Shown: positions 34,400-48,400 of the stretch, one piece after another
Position numbering within the stretch: the first letter of the stretch is position 1
Layout: each line of letters opens with the position of its first letter
NCBI GenBank assembly: GCA_021613535.1
Contig: CP075496.1
Span: 1 to 64,000, forward strand
Source of the DNA: Adineta vaga
Lineage: Eukaryota; Animalia; Rotifera
Reading direction: 5' to 3'
Length of the DNA stretch: 64,000 nt
Translations under genes and position numbers: made by a program
The notes under the pieces: model-generated
Told to the model about the DNA's origin: nothing
What the model saw: only the letters and a program-made list of their open reading frames with translations
The model's database searches: none

Positions 34400-36520
34400 G
34401 ATCTCACAATTCTGTTTTTCAGGTGCTCATTTTCATTAACAGCATACTTTTGTTCATTACATTCATCGGTTGTTGCTATAGCATCGTGTTTAGTAACAAC
34501 TTTTTAGATTTTGTCATAAATAGAAATACGTGGTTGTAAACTGATCGAATAGACTGTCTTCATTCATACTTCTAATTATCGAGAGATCAACACATTCACC
34601 TAATTGGTCTCACGTGAAGGATTCATTGGTTTGAAAATCTAAATAACTAATCTTTCAATAAAGTGTAACATTTCGATCAAAATAAGAATCAATATAACAA
34701 ATAATCTTTTGTAAAAATTCAATTATCGATATTTCTATTGTTTTTTGTACATCAAGATGGTGAATATGGTAATCTATATCAAGGAGCTATTCCAAAGAAA
34801 TCTGCATCTTTGCGTTCTTGGAATTTAGTTTTAATCAATGTGATGATTCTATATAAAATAACTAATGTTGTGTCAGGAAGCTGTAGTGCAAGGGTTTTCG
34901 TGTGACTTTCGAATAACATTTGGTGTAAAAAAAAACGTATTACACAAGGAGATTCAGTACATTCAAAGAATTCTTTTTTACTCTTGGATAATTGGTTTCT
35001 TTAATCAAATATTTTTAATAAATGCATAAACGTCAGCTACACGTTCTATAGAAAGTATAAACTCAACCATCTGAGCTTGAGGTGTTCTATGATCGGCTGC
35101 AATAAAATAAATATAATAAATTAAGACATTATGTATCTCTGACTGACTAAAAATAATTAATCTTACTTAAAAATCTTGCTCGTAAAATTCATAGCATTGT
35201 TCACGTTTACTGATGCGTTTAACTGGGCGTGAAAAGTATGCATATATAGAAAGTAGTATTTGTTTAATATCAATTGATACTACACTATGTGTGTGCTTAA
35301 CAAACTTGTGCATTATATATCTAAAGCAATTCTCTATAAATATAGATTAAAAAAGAATTTGACGTTCTTAAAAACACTACTAGTTATCTTTCCAATAAGA
35401 AACAAAGTGCATACAAAGAGTTTAGAACTATTTCTTTTAGAAGAATTCAAAACTTAATTATCATACTCACTTAATGCTTATCATTAATCATGTGAAGCTG
35501 TTAAAAATAGAACATGAAAAGTGGCAAAAATATAACTTTCTTTATTAAACAAGACTTTTATGCATTTTAGAATATTAGGTAAATCTTGTTTGAACAATGA
35601 ATTAACTGAATGGTTTTTACCAACATTTACATTCGTATTATTAATTCCTATTGCTATGAATGCATTCAAATTCAAATGATTATCGATAATTAACTGAAGT
35701 ATATTAGCCAACACTCCAGTAGTTGATTCGTCAGTATCATCTATTTAAAATAAACAATCAATAAAATGCTAAAAACTGAACAATAGATAACTATATTACT
35801 AAAGATACATTTTTAACACCTGATGATGATAAATATTGTACACGAAAAGAATATAGTTCCATATTTCCTTTATTGCTTGCATCGAAGTGCATAGAATAAT
35901 AAAAGAATTGTTTTAAACTATCAATTAGACATTGAGTAAAGTATGGGGCCATAAGATTCGATGTAATCAATATTGTTTTTGTTCGATCATATAACAAATT
36001 ATTTGCTGTAGCTGGTAAAGAAAATACTGTCTTACAAACATTTGTTAAACAAAGGTGTGAAAGATACGCATATCCAAGTTTAACATCATCATAAACGATA
36101 ACTCACTGCTTCCGTAGCACAAACTTTATCTTTTTCTTTAGAAAGTTTGATTGCATCTATTATTGATTGTTGATTCATATTGAACAATTGTATATTCTTC
36201 TGATGCTTCTATGTCTTCATATGATTATCAAGGTCAGTTTTTCCATGATAATATATAGAAAATTGTTGAGTATAAGCAGTAACACGTTGCTTGATTTGAA
36301 TCAAGTTTATATTCTATTAAAAATCCTTGATATTCGTTGATTTTCAACCATTTCCTGTTGAATGCATCGTTTTTCGATTTTCTCTTTTTTTTTTGTTCAA
36401 CACCTATTAATGTCAGCGTTTTTGCAATTGTTCAAATTTCTAGTTTATGTTCATCAATATCACTACCTTCATCATTGATTCGTTTTCTTTTTACAACATA
36501 AATATCCACCGTATTCACGT
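34400..36520 (-). pseudogene. Heavily decayed hAT-like transposase
   Basis: Fragments YYSMHFDASNKGNM..YSFRVQY and NNTNVNVGKNHSV (D-A-S-N and DNTN-type hAT motifs); many stops and frameshifts. Confidence 0.55.
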
Positions 36521-37903
36521 TTATTATTTGTTTTCGTTCATCCAACAAACATACAAAAAAATATATATATATCGGTTTCTATGAATTCTATAAACTATGG
36601 AAAGAATGACGAAAGAGAAATAGATATAGAATGGAATAAAAATTAAATAAGTACATTGGATTCGTTTTTAGCCACTAGAAAACAGGAATTGTATAAATGT
36701 AGTTGAACCAGGACGAAAACGTAATATCAGTCATTATTGATCAAAGATTGTTTTAAAAATTCAAAAAACGATCATGCATGTTATAGTTAAAGATTACAAA
36801 TAAGAATGAATATGAATGACTCAATATTTTTATAAAACAGAAAGATTTTAATGAGATGTACAGTTGTTTCCTAAGATTCAAGAAAACAAGCTATTTCTTT
36901 TGTCATTTATCAATGAAGTTAATTCTTGATGAGATATTTTGCACCGTTCCAAAGACATTTCATATGTATCACATTAAGATTAAATAATTATGTAATACTT
37001 TAAAAATTACTTACTAAAATATAAAAACTACTAATATGAGCGAGTTTGTGAGATATTATTTATCGAAGTAGTCTCACACTCATTTAAAATGTAGTCATAT
37101 ATTAAAAAAATCAAATATACTTATGAATTAGTGAGTAGAATAGATTATTTTTAATTGTTGCATCGTTTTATACTTTGGATAGGATGAAAATAAATGTATT
37201 TGTCTGATTGATTGAAATTGTTTAAAAGAGTAACACAATAACGATTGTAGACAATAGGAAAATTTATTAAAATAGATGACTTTTAAAGTTATATCAGACG
37301 TTTTATCTATAGATCAAATCGAATTAAAATACTATATAAAAACTTTTGACTCTTTGAGGATCGAACCATTTACTTTTGAATGACTACAGCGCATAAAGTG
37401 TAACAAAATCCATCAAATAAATTATTTACTAAACGCGTTTCACTACTCGATTGATCTGTACGAAATTACTTTTGAAGAAGTGTAAACGAACTCACATATA
37501 GTTTCTTGGTCGTCAAAGGCTTACACATATGAATCAATTGGATAATGACGCTTTATTATATATGGATAAATTTGACAAACTTCTTTTGTATATTATGTGT
37601 GTTCAAGCATATTAAATAATTTATAGTAAGAATTCAATTGTTAATATGATCTTCAACGTCCATTAAACACATACCAACTTGATAATCATTAGCGAATTTC
37701 ACGACAAGGCTCTCAAGTACGAGAGTAAACTTTCTACTTTATTGAAACAGAAAAAAAACAAAACAAAATTAACTGAATTAGATAATGAATAACACAAGAA
37801 AGAAAAACCGACAAAAAATTAGCTTGATTAACAATGAGTAACATAATAAAGAAAAAAGAAAAAAGAACACAAACTACATAACACAAAAGAAAAAAAGCCA
37901 ACT

Positions 37904-38827
37904 TCAGCATTCCATGATGGAATCATCACCCATGTTGGCTGTAGCGAACGAATCGTTGCTACTTGAATTTGATAAGTCATCAAATTCAACATCAATATTT
38001 GGATTTGGTGTCAAATCCAAGACATTTGCTTCGTCCAGGTCAACATCAATCAATGACTCAAGGTAATCCCTGATATGTTTGTCAACATTGATATTACCTC
38101 TTGGTAATTTAAGCTTGTTTGCAGTTGATTTTGTTTTTTGTTTTGTTATTTTTCTTCCGGTTTTAGTTGTCTTCTTTTTTTTGTTTTTTTGTTTTTCAGT
38201 GCCAAATCGTTGAGGCGCCTTGCGTGGGCGCGGCTCCAACGAAAGGCGTTGGGCAATTGTGCCAGAATTTGCGCGTTGTGGTGTCACCAAAACTGGTGAA
38301 GCAATTGGCATGGGCGGATTGAGAGCGGACGTGGTGATGAGATGAGTGTTGGTGTTGGTACGGACTCATCCATGTTTATCATTTGTTCGAGCCTCTTCGA
38401 CATTTGAGATACGACGACCATACAGTCCACATTTACGTCGTCAAGGCTGAGGCTGTGAACGGTTGCTGTTTCGACAACAACTGTTTCTAGAAAAACGAAC
38501 ATTATCTATGCTATTACACACAAAAGTTTAGTACTCACGTGCTGCTGGTGCAACAACAACATCCATGGTCATTTCAGTGACCTGTTGTGCTTCATTTTGA
38601 GCTTGACATGCACGTACCAATTCGCCTGTCAAGCGATGTAGATGGGCAGCCAATTGATATAATTCGGCTGTTGAAGACAAGTCGTCTGTTTGCGTCGCAC
38701 GAATATAAGTACTCATACTGATGCTTGATGATTTTGTAGTTGTTGTTGATGGTTGTTGCATCATGGAAGAATTGGATAATTGAATGGTTGGAAGTGGAAT
38801 GAAATAATTCTGAGATTGCTTCCTCAT
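37904..38827 (-). pseudogene. Unknown S/T/P-rich protein with basic and acidic C-terminal patches; one intron and one apparent frameshift
   Basis: Three consecutive ORF pieces; intron ~38488-38537. Confidence 0.4.
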
Positions 38828-39390
38828 TATATAGGCATAGCAGATAAAGGCGACTTTATTCTGAACAATCTTTGTGGCGATTGACCACTCAAATTGGGGG
38901 TGTAAAAGAGGGCGCTATAAAAAGGGAGGCTAGTGTGTGGCAACAGCGAGGGTGTAGGCATAGGTGTGGGTGCAGCACTGTTGAGTCCGAAACTATTTTG
39001 ACAAAAATTTAAATTTAACAAAAATCGTAAAAGTTTAGGACGTTTATAAACCGGGTCGAGATTGATAATTTAATGAGTTTAGAAATTCAAAGTTCTCTAT
39101 ATGTCTACTATAAATTTATGACAATAATATTTTTACATTTGGTAAAATCGTATTCCAGCATCAGGATGTTTTTTTTACAGATATTGGCTTATATAACATA
39201 CTCGCATCTATTTACAAAGTATTCATTTATAAATAAGCTAGAATTATAAATCGAGTAAATATTCATAAATCATTCAGATATTTATAAACTAAAAATATGT
39301 TTATAAATAAGATAGATTTATAAATCGAGTAAGCATTTATAAACTACAAATACATTTATAAATGGAATGGATTTATAAATGAGTACATTA

Positions 39391-42300
39391 CAGAGATGGG
39401 CACGGTTCGCGGTTTTCACAATTTAAACCGGAACCGAAACCGAGAGAAAGTTGAGTAATTTTGAACCGAACCGAACCGAAAAAAGTGTAAAATTTAATCG
39501 CAGATAACTAAGCTATGTCATCTTTATTTGAACTCGCTTATTCTGTATTAAATTATTATTATCTATTATATTTATGAATATATGTATATAAAACTACATC
39601 TTCGTCAATAACATCTTATTTTATTTTATTTCTGTTCTAAATATTGAAGTTCATATAAATTTCTATCGCACAAAAATGATAACAAAATTATTCGAGCACA
39701 TATATAAATAAACACAAAAAAGCAAAAAAGAGATATAAATAAAATTTCTCAAAAGACTCGAAAACATCTTTTCTTGATATCGTCTAATTGTTTTGAACAT
39801 TTTTCTTTTTATATCTTTCAAATGAATTTTGAAAAATAATATCGTTCACTGTTTCAGGAGATAATCGTGAACGCTTTTTCGTAACAATATTTCCTGCCAA
39901 TGAAAACTCCCGTTCCACTGCAGCACTAGTTGCTGGTACTGAAAAAATACGTTTGGCAATTTTTGCTAAACGTGGATATAGTCTATGATTATGTTTCCAA
40001 AAGTTTAACGAATTGTATTCATCCCCATGTATAGAAGAATTTGAAGAACGTGATTCGTTTTGTTTATCTATTCCAAACTTTAGATAGTTTTCGATTTCTA
40101 TTTGATGTATAGCAGCTGTTGTAGTTGGTACATCATCTTGTTCATCTTCTTCTTCGTAATAACTCTGCATAATTCGAAAAGCTTGATTTGCTTCACCACC
40201 TCGTCGTCTTGTCGATTTGCTGTTGTAACTGTTCTCTTCCGGTTGTTTGTCATTATCAAGTGAATCAAATACAATCATTTCTTGTTTTATATATTCTAAA
40301 CATAAATTTCGTTGATCAATCGTGCATTGTTTCATTTTTCTAGTTCTTGGATTCAAAAATAAAGCCATAAAATGGATAGGATGATAATCGAACATAGCTT
40401 CTAGTAATATTTTTGCACGTTGTCGAAAAAACAATATATCTACAGTGAAAATAATCAAAGTGTTGTTGACATATATAAATCAGAAATAATAAACAATTTT
40501 ACCTCGTTCACTCGATAGCTTCGCATCATTTGACATCCATTCCAAATTTGCTTTTACACTTTCAATACCTGGCACAACAACATGAATAGATGGTATATTT
40601 GTTGATTGTAAACGTGTTGAGATATGTTTCCATGGCTTCAAAAACTCAATAATCTTTTCTAATAAGAAAACGTTGATCTTTTCTAATCGCTTTTTGTCCA
40701 ATTGTCGTTCGTCGAATATTTCATTTAATGGAAGATATGACTTATGCACCGATTCAAGAGAGTTAGACATTGATAACCATCGAACGACGGTGCTTTGCAC
40801 CAACCTTGAAGCTTCTTTATCTTCAAGAGCTTGATTAAGATTTATCTAAAGAAAAGGAAGATAATCGTTTATTTTTAAACTTAAGAATATAAGAAATTTT
40901 ATAAACTACATACGAGTTTTACATATTTAATCAATTGTTTTGCGGACAAAATTAAGGTAATAATACGTTTTGCTCCAGGTGGAATCTCTGATTTCAATAT
41001 GGTCAAATAATTCACTTTCATTGAGATTGAGTTTAAAGTCGCATGAATCACTTTTTGTGGATGATGATGTTGTCGTCGTGGATTTGTTGATGGATGTTGT
41101 TGTAAATTTAAATCATCATTATCATAATCTTCACCTGATTCTTCAGAATCACTCATTTTTTCATCTTCATCTTCTTCTTCGCCTTCATCTTCATCTTGAA
41201 CTTGAGTTTTTGGTTGTTGATTTTTCTTTTTCTTTTCACTTTGAAAGAAAAGTCTTTCAAGGATATTATTCAATCTATGTGCTGAACAAAAAACGACTTC
41301 ATATTCTTGTAATATTTTTTTTATATTAGACCCACGATCCGAAACCCAAACAATATCTTTCATATATCGGATAAGATCATAAATACCTAGTCCTTCTTTC
41401 AATACCTAAAGTTTTAGAGAAAAATGAGATTTGCTTATTAATAGAATAGGAAATTTCAGATTCTCTCACCTTCAACACATTAGGTGCTTTTTTATTCGGA
41501 GTATTAAATGGAATACAAAATATTTCGAACGAATGTAACGTCCAATTATCATCAGTCCAATGAGCAGTACATCCCAAATATGATTGTTGACGATAAGCAT
41601 CTGACCAAATATCAGGTGATACAACTAGACATCGTTCACGTACAGCTTTCAATAAAACGGTTTTTATTTGTTCACGTCCACTAGAAGCATTCGATTTAAT
41701 TAATTTGGAAACGGTTTTTCTAGATGATAAAATTGATTCAGCTTTGATTGGACCACAAGTATATCCTAGACGAAAAAAGATGGTGATATTCAAATTATGA
41801 GTAGTTTCAAGACGACAAGTACCTATATGAATTGCTTCTTCGATTATTTTCTTGAATCCTGTATCTTCAGCAATACCTAATGGACGTATATTCGAACATA
41901 TCCATCCACCTAACAAATGTGTCATTTTTTGCTTATGAGATCCAAAATTCTTGTTGATCGAAGCAGGTGAAGTTTGTGATTTAATTAATTGTGATGAATT
42001 GGTTGATGTTAATGTTGAAATATGAGTTTGCTTTGGGTTAAAACCATCACACACTCGCATATGTTTATTCATATTCCTGGTGCTAGATGAATATGTATAT
42101 GTTATACTGCAATACTTGCACGATACAAATCTATCGTATGTTTCGTTCTCATTTTCATTAGTTTTTCGAGCCGGAATACCAAAACATCGCCAACAATCAG
42201 ATTTTTTGTATTTGATATCAACAACAAACCAATCTTTTTTATTATATTTCAAGTTCGAACTAATAATTTCGGCAGATAAGTGTTGATAAGAACGAGATAT

Positions 42301-42733
42301 ATTTGATGAAGAATTTGATGAAGATGTAGATGGTGAATCAGAAGATGAATTTGTTAGTTGAACATCCATAGAACTTGATGGAGAATCAAGATCAATTACA
42401 TCAGGTGTGTTTGATAAAGAAGAGATATTCATGTTGAATTTTTTTGTATTTGTTTGGTTATCACTAAAAGTACTTCGATACTTTTTCTACATGTGTTATA
42501 CCATTGGCTAGCTCCTTTCATGTTCTTCTTGGACGAAGAAAGTAAAGAAATATATATATATATATATATATATACATTTTCATTGGTATGTACGACATCT
42601 ATTGATTCCTCCGTTTAACTTTTCATTTCTATACACTAATTTCAGTTGCATCAATTCAGCTGAAAACCGAACCGAACCGAACCGAAACCGAGATCGATTT
42701 GAAAAGGTGTGAACCGAACCGTGCCCATCTCTG
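39391..42733 (-). mobile_element. Full-length hAT DNA transposon
   Basis: 18-bp TIR CAGAGATGGGCACGGTTC; 8-bp TSD GTACATTA at 39383-39390 and 42734-42741; subterminal GAACC repeats. Confidence 0.95.
39784..42432 (-). CDS. hAT transposase with BED zinc finger, ~5 exons, apparently intact
   Basis: BED finger (W..F, C..C, H...C), SPDIWSD, VSDRGSN, CSAH, RW, W...YPRLAKIA...PATSAAVEREFS. Confidence 0.92.
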
Positions 42734-42913
42734 GTACATTATTTATAAATTATTCGAGCATTTATAAATGGTTCAAAGATTTATAAATAGGCTCGATTTA
42801 TAAATACCAAAAATATTTATAACTATTTTAAATTTTCGGTTCAAAAATTTATGATTTATAAATCAATATAAATAAATCGATTTATAAATCCCCTAATTTC
42901 GGACTCAACAGTG

Positions 42914-43800
42914 GGGTGCAGGTGTGAGTGCAGGTGAGGGTGTAGGCGAGGGAGAAGTTACCAGTGTCGTGTGCACTGTTCCATTTTGAGGGTGGGTGTA
43001 GGTGTGATTATTCCTCTTTCTGTTCCACCCACACCCTGGTTCCATTCTTTGTGTTGTGGTTTGCTCGCAGAGCTTCACTAATTTTTCGTAGGTTCTCTTT
43101 CACTTCCCGGACGTCGGACGTCAGAGTGTTCCATTTCTCTTCATTCTCTCCTATCGTTGCCGTGGTCGTATTTTGCCATTCTCGTGTTTGTGCTTGGATG
43201 GTTTCTATTTGGCTGGTCATCGCGATTTGTAAATTCTCCACTTCGCTGGCGAGATGATCTGCTGTTCCTCTGTTTTGTTCTGTGACATTACGGCGTATTT
43301 CGTCTAGTTTACTTTCCAGGTCGGCTAGCCGGGCACTATTGCTGTTGCTGGTTTCGGCTATTTTCTGAACGGCTTGTTCCACTGATAATCTTTCTGAAGT
43401 CATGATTTGTCTCATTGTGTACTTTCTATATCTTCTGCTTGATGTTTTGTACGGGCAGGGCTTAGTTTGCCAGGGTCACAATGTAACAACAAACTTGTGT
43501 TATCTCCAACTCTGTTTATTTCAATCCCCTCTTCCTCCTTCTATACAATCGACTTGACAGCCACTCCTCGCTCTATCAACCGATGCGAGGTGAGTGTCGA
43601 GTCATATCATAAGCACACATAAGAGAACGATAGAGAACAGAATGAAAGTGGATAATATACGATGTCTATGTACAAAAAAGAGAACGCTCAATCAATCAAT
43701 CACTTGAGATATTATCAAGTGCTCTGGCTCTTGATACCTATCTCGCAATCTTCATCTCGTAATATATCTTTATGATTGGCTGAGGTCATGTGGTTATCGG
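42914..43800 (-). mobile_element. LTR retrotransposon 5' remnant: partial LTR (43482-~43800), PBS-like site, N-terminal coiled-coil gag fragment (43008-43415)
   Basis: Minus-strand ...GTTACA LTR end preceded by AATAAA, then TTGTGACCCTGG (one mismatch to a TGGTGACCC tRNA-Trp-type PBS), then a coiled-coil ORF running into Pro/Thr repeats that continue beyond the MITE at 38975. Confidence 0.5.
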
Positions 43801-43847
43801 CACGCACACCCTCACCCACAGCCACAGCCACAGCCACACCCACCCTC
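43801..43847 (-). repeat. Degenerate C-rich telomeric tract
   Basis: cacaccctcacccacagccacagccacagccacacccaccc. Confidence 0.75.
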
Positions 43848-43975
43848 AAGGTTGATTCGAATGAAAAGGAATTTGACTCGAAGCATACGACACATCAAAA
43901 TGAACAGAATGTCAAAAATTATGATGAAAATCTAAGACGATGATCAGTAAAGCTCGACGAGAAACTTCTGCAAGA

Positions 43976-45820
43976 TTAGTTCCATCGTAAGTAAAGATTG
44001 TCTTTGTCGAGACGTTGGAGAAGATAAGTGTTAAGTAATCGATGTTGATCGATGATTGTTCGAAGTTGTTCGATTACTTGATCGTTGTCTTGATTAACAT
44101 AGAGGCATAATGCAGAGAAACGACTTGGGTCTTGAGGATTTCTCTTTAGAATGGCTTGTAAAAAGTGTTCGAAATCGATCTGTTTCGTCAAGTCGATTTG
44201 GAGATATTCGAGGTAAGGAAAAAGATCGAGAAGGAATTGAATCTGTTGAAATTCCGTTAGTTCCATTAGACTGATGCTCGAAATTCGATTGTTCATCTTC
44301 ACCAGCTGAATCATTTCCTTGTCTTGATCAGATAAACAGTCCATTTGTAAGAGTAATTGACAAGAAAGCTTCAACGAATGAAGATTAGGCAACTGTCCGA
44401 GCAATCGAAGCAATGTCTGAAGAAACATTCGTCGAAAAGTAACTTCCAAATGAGTCACTGGCACCAGACTAAAAATTGATTCAAATTTGTAAATTAATAA
44501 ATGATTATCTTGAGGCTTTTCAAAAGCTTGGTTCGTACGTTGATTGAGAATCAGATGAATATTTGTCGCATATGGAATGTCACTTAACCATTGTGTTGAA
44601 CATGTTTGAGAGAATTTCTCTTGTCGGATGTGTTCGTACACTTGATGCCATCGTTTTCTGAAGGAAAAAGAAAATGTTTGCAAGTGAAAGTAGAAATTCA
44701 TCAGTGAATATTACTTTGCTTTCCATGGTTCAATCTGAAAGACAATCGATGCAGAAAACTCAGACGTAGCATCAATTAAAATTTCAAGTAACCATTGTCG
44801 TTCGATCCAAAAATGCGAAGTGAATTGATGCAGATGATGATAATGTGATCTCAACATAAATCGATGTCGAATTTTCTCTTCACTTCGAAAGTAGAACTGA
44901 TGTAAAGAAGGAAAAAATTTCGAAAAGAATTGTTCCCATCGATGAGCATCAAGGTAAGTACTATTTTCTGTTGTTGTCACACGTAAGCATTGAAGATTAG
45001 CCGACAGACACGTCATGAATGTTTCAAATCCATCAAAATCTAAGTGACAATGTCCGAATGACATACTTCTTAAATTGGATAGTATTAGTTTTGTCGAAGT
45101 CGAAGAAGGTCCGTAAAGATGTTCACAAGTGACACGACGTAGAAAAGGTGTTGAGGAGAATAGAGTAAACAGTTCACTAACCGAACAACGATGATTGAGG
45201 ATGAGATGTTCGAGACGAGTGAATTGCTCATTCGGAGGAATTGAGAATGAGAAACGAATTTCCGATCTGTGACATGTGACATGAACGTATTTGAGAAAAG
45301 GTAAACGAAATACGAATTGATACAGATTGAAATGATCATTGATGTCGTTTTGAAGAGTCATTTTCAATGAGATCAGACGAGGTACAGAGATTAAATTGAT
45401 CAGAAGAGATTCAAGGTTTTTTGAAGGAATATTATTCAGTGTGAGACATTGAAGATAAGTGAAAGAAGAATCAATTGTACCAAATCGGGAAATTGATTGA
45501 TAACTTAATCGATCCGGCAAGCATAGTGATATGACTCGATGTCGATGAGGAAAGATGACACGCCAAGAACGATTGCGAACTGTGGACGAATAACTTGACG
45601 AAAGACGGATTTTCAAGAGCATACATGAACAAATCAGATGATGAAAACGATCATTGAGTGTTGAGAACGCATCGAATACATCGAAACCATTCAGATAATC
45701 GAAAATCTCCATCAAAACTTCGTTGGACAAATCTTCCAGAAAACTTCTTGATTTTCTTATGTCAATTTTTCGAAAGGAACACGTTTCTTTATCGATATTG
45801 GTTTGCAAATCAGACATCAT
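43976..45820 (-). CDS. F-box / LRR-like protein of the bdelloid-expanded type, 2 exons
   Basis: LEDLSNEVLMEIFDYL...F..LN.RF F-box; repeated LxxLxL; W..FF...P.L..F and FW.ERQW motifs; intron ~44658-44714. Confidence 0.85.
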
Positions 45821-46218
45821 CGACAGAGATTTGAAATATGCAATACTTCGTCTAAATCGAACAAACTATTACCAACAGAGAAAGAGAAATTTACATCATG
45901 TGTCATCAGCGTCGTTTTCTTTTTTTCTTCCTGCCATTACAGAACGTAAACAATGTGATGTTTTTTCTTTCCTTCGTACACTGTAATGATGTGTATCGCT
46001 TCATTCTCTTTCGATCCATCTGCTAAGGGAGACGATCGCTTTGGTGGAGAATCAAACCATTCACTGGTATAACACGTGTTTTGGCCTTTTTCTTCCGTAA
46101 ACGTACGTAAAGGCTGTATTAGCAATCATTGTGATATAAAGCAAAAGCAACGTACATTAAGACGTATTAGATACAATTCGGTCGCATAGAATCAAAAGCA
46201 AAAAAGTGTCGATTAAAC

Positions 46219-46968
46219 ATGGGTAAACTGGACGGAAAAATTGCTCTTGTTACTGGTGGATCGGAGGGTATTGGTTTTGCTACTGCTGAAATATTTGTTA
46301 GTGAAGGTGCTTATGTTTTCATTACTGAACTTCGTAAAGAGTTACTTGATTCAGCAGTGAAACAAATTGGTAGAAATGTTTATGCAATTCAAGCTGATTC
46401 ATCCAAATTAGATGACCTTGATAATGTTTACAAAATCATTAATGAAGAAAAAGAAAAGTAAGATGTACTCTTTGTTAATGCTGGTATTCCTGGTTTAATG
46501 CCATTAGGATTGATTACCGAAAAATTTTATGATGACATTTTCGATGTAAATGTAAAAGGTGCACTGTTTACTGTTCAAAAAGCGTTACCAATTTTAAATA
46601 ATAGGGCGTCGATTACAGTGAATGGATCATGTTTTTCAATCAAAGGAATACCAGCAACGAGTATTTATAGTGCGACTAAAGCTGCTCTTCGTTCATTTGC
46701 TCGTTGTTGGTCTGTGGATTTGAAAGATCGACAGATTCGAGTGAATACGCTTAGTCCCGGCCCTACTGACACCCCACTTTTAAACAACTTAGCTGATACG
46801 AAAGAATCGTCACAGGAAATTCTTGACAATTTCGCGAAAATGACTGTTATGGATAGACTTGCTCAACCGATTGAAATTGCGAATTTCGCTCTATTTTTAG
46901 CTTCTGATGACAGTTCATACATTACTGGTATTGAACTTTTTGCTGATGGCGGTGCCTCACAAATCTAA
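46219..46968 (+). pseudogene. Bacterial-type classical short-chain dehydrogenase/reductase with a premature TAA (46459-46461)
   Basis: TGGSEGIG, (L)DVLFVNAG, YSATK, IRVNTLSPGPTDT, YITGIELFADGG; intronless; same frame on both sides of the stop. Confidence 0.9.
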
Positions 46969-47369
46969 ACTTTTTCTTTTTATTCATTTACTTTTCATTT
47001 TACTATTTTATCAAATAAACTATACTTTATCTGACAGGGGAAGATTTCAATGAAAACGCTATAAGATTGTCAAGCCAGGTATACCGATCTTGGCTGTGAA
47101 ACAATTCCGTACGCTTACTAGTTTGGTAAAAATTATAGGAAAAACATTTTTTTCAAAAACTTGATACATATTTGCTTTATTGTACAGATTTTTCCTTGAG
47201 AGCCGTTAAAAATGCTAGTGCACTTGTTTCCTGGATGTTATATATCTCATTTAGTTCGTGTGTTCTGTGTGCTAGAAATCCAATTAGAACGTGATTTTGT
47301 AGGCCTGTCTTTCTTTAATGTTCATATCCTAATGGTGACAATGGCTAGCAAAATAACGCATCTAAACAA

Positions 47370-47598
47370 TGTGGGTGTGAGTATAGATGTGAGTAATAAA
47401 AAAATACCCACACCCTCAATACGAACTTCTCACTTGTAATGGGTTCAAAAAATGTTAACAAATGATTTCAGGGTATTTTATAAAGGTTTTCCCATCTGTT
47501 TTTGTCAACCGCTGCAAACAAAGGGTGTGGGTGTGGGTGTGTGATATTTATATCGTATCCATACCCACGCCCACCCACCCCACACCCACCCCACACCC
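47370..47598. repeat. Two head-to-head pairs of short telomeric tracts (G-rich then C-rich)
   Basis: G-rich 47370-47394 / C-rich 47406-47415; G-rich 47523-47543 / C-rich 47563-47598. Confidence 0.8.
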
Positions 47599-48400
47599 AG
47601 CACGGACTTTTCGGACAAGGGGATATGTATCCCTCATATGTGGATATTGCCTCAGGCTGATTCCAAAAAAATAGCCAATTAACACAGTTTTATCTATTTT
47701 TCTTGGCCACATAATATCAAGTGTTTTCAATTTTGGATATCCATTAGATTATTGACATTCTAATATTTCTCACGATATTCTTCATTAGTCTAAAAAATCT
47801 CTTTCTGAAACGAATCTCTTTATCGCAACGCTCTCTGTGATCATCCACGTTTTTGTTGTTGAATAAATTGTTCCACAGAAAGAAGTTCCCTTGTAAATAT
47901 CAGATAATCATATTTGCATGATTTATTATTCCATTGATGTAAAATAATTACCTTTCTTCTTGACGTCGAAAACTAGAAATAATTAAATGTTATTCAAAAG
48001 GCAAGAAAATTTTCATGTGTTAAAAAAGAACGTTAATAATGAAACCAAGAGCAGATGGCAAACATTTTTACTACTGAAAAAGAAAGTGGCAATGTAGATC
48101 ATGTAGAATCAGATCTTTTTATCTTTGTGTTACTAATGGAATAAAAAAAAGCAAACGTTTGTTTCAAAGAGTTATGTTCCTGTAAAAGATTACAACGTTG
48201 TGAAAATGAGAATATTCCTGGGACATGTGTGTGTGTGATAATTCTGTATTAAAAGATTCAGAGAAAAATAACTATTCTCTCTGGTAATATGCTCTACTTT
48301 ATCTTTCTACAAAGTCAGTGTTATTCATTCTTCAATGTTCTAAAGATCGTATAGACGGTCCGGAGACGACAAATATCAATTGAATATCGATGATTTAACA

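Larger units (their letters stand above)
38976..42913. mobile_element. Non-autonomous CACT-terminal (CMC-type) MITE, ~0.6 kb when the nested hAT is removed
   Basis: Perfect 17-bp TIR CACTGTTGAGTCCGAAA at 38976-38992 and 42897-42913; many internal TTTATAAA palindromes; no clean TSD. Confidence 0.8.

Noticed and set aside
39230-39385. Regularly spaced TTTATAAA units resembling a CRISPR-like array
   Set aside because: Subterminal palindromic repeats of the CACT MITE; eukaryotic context, no cas genes
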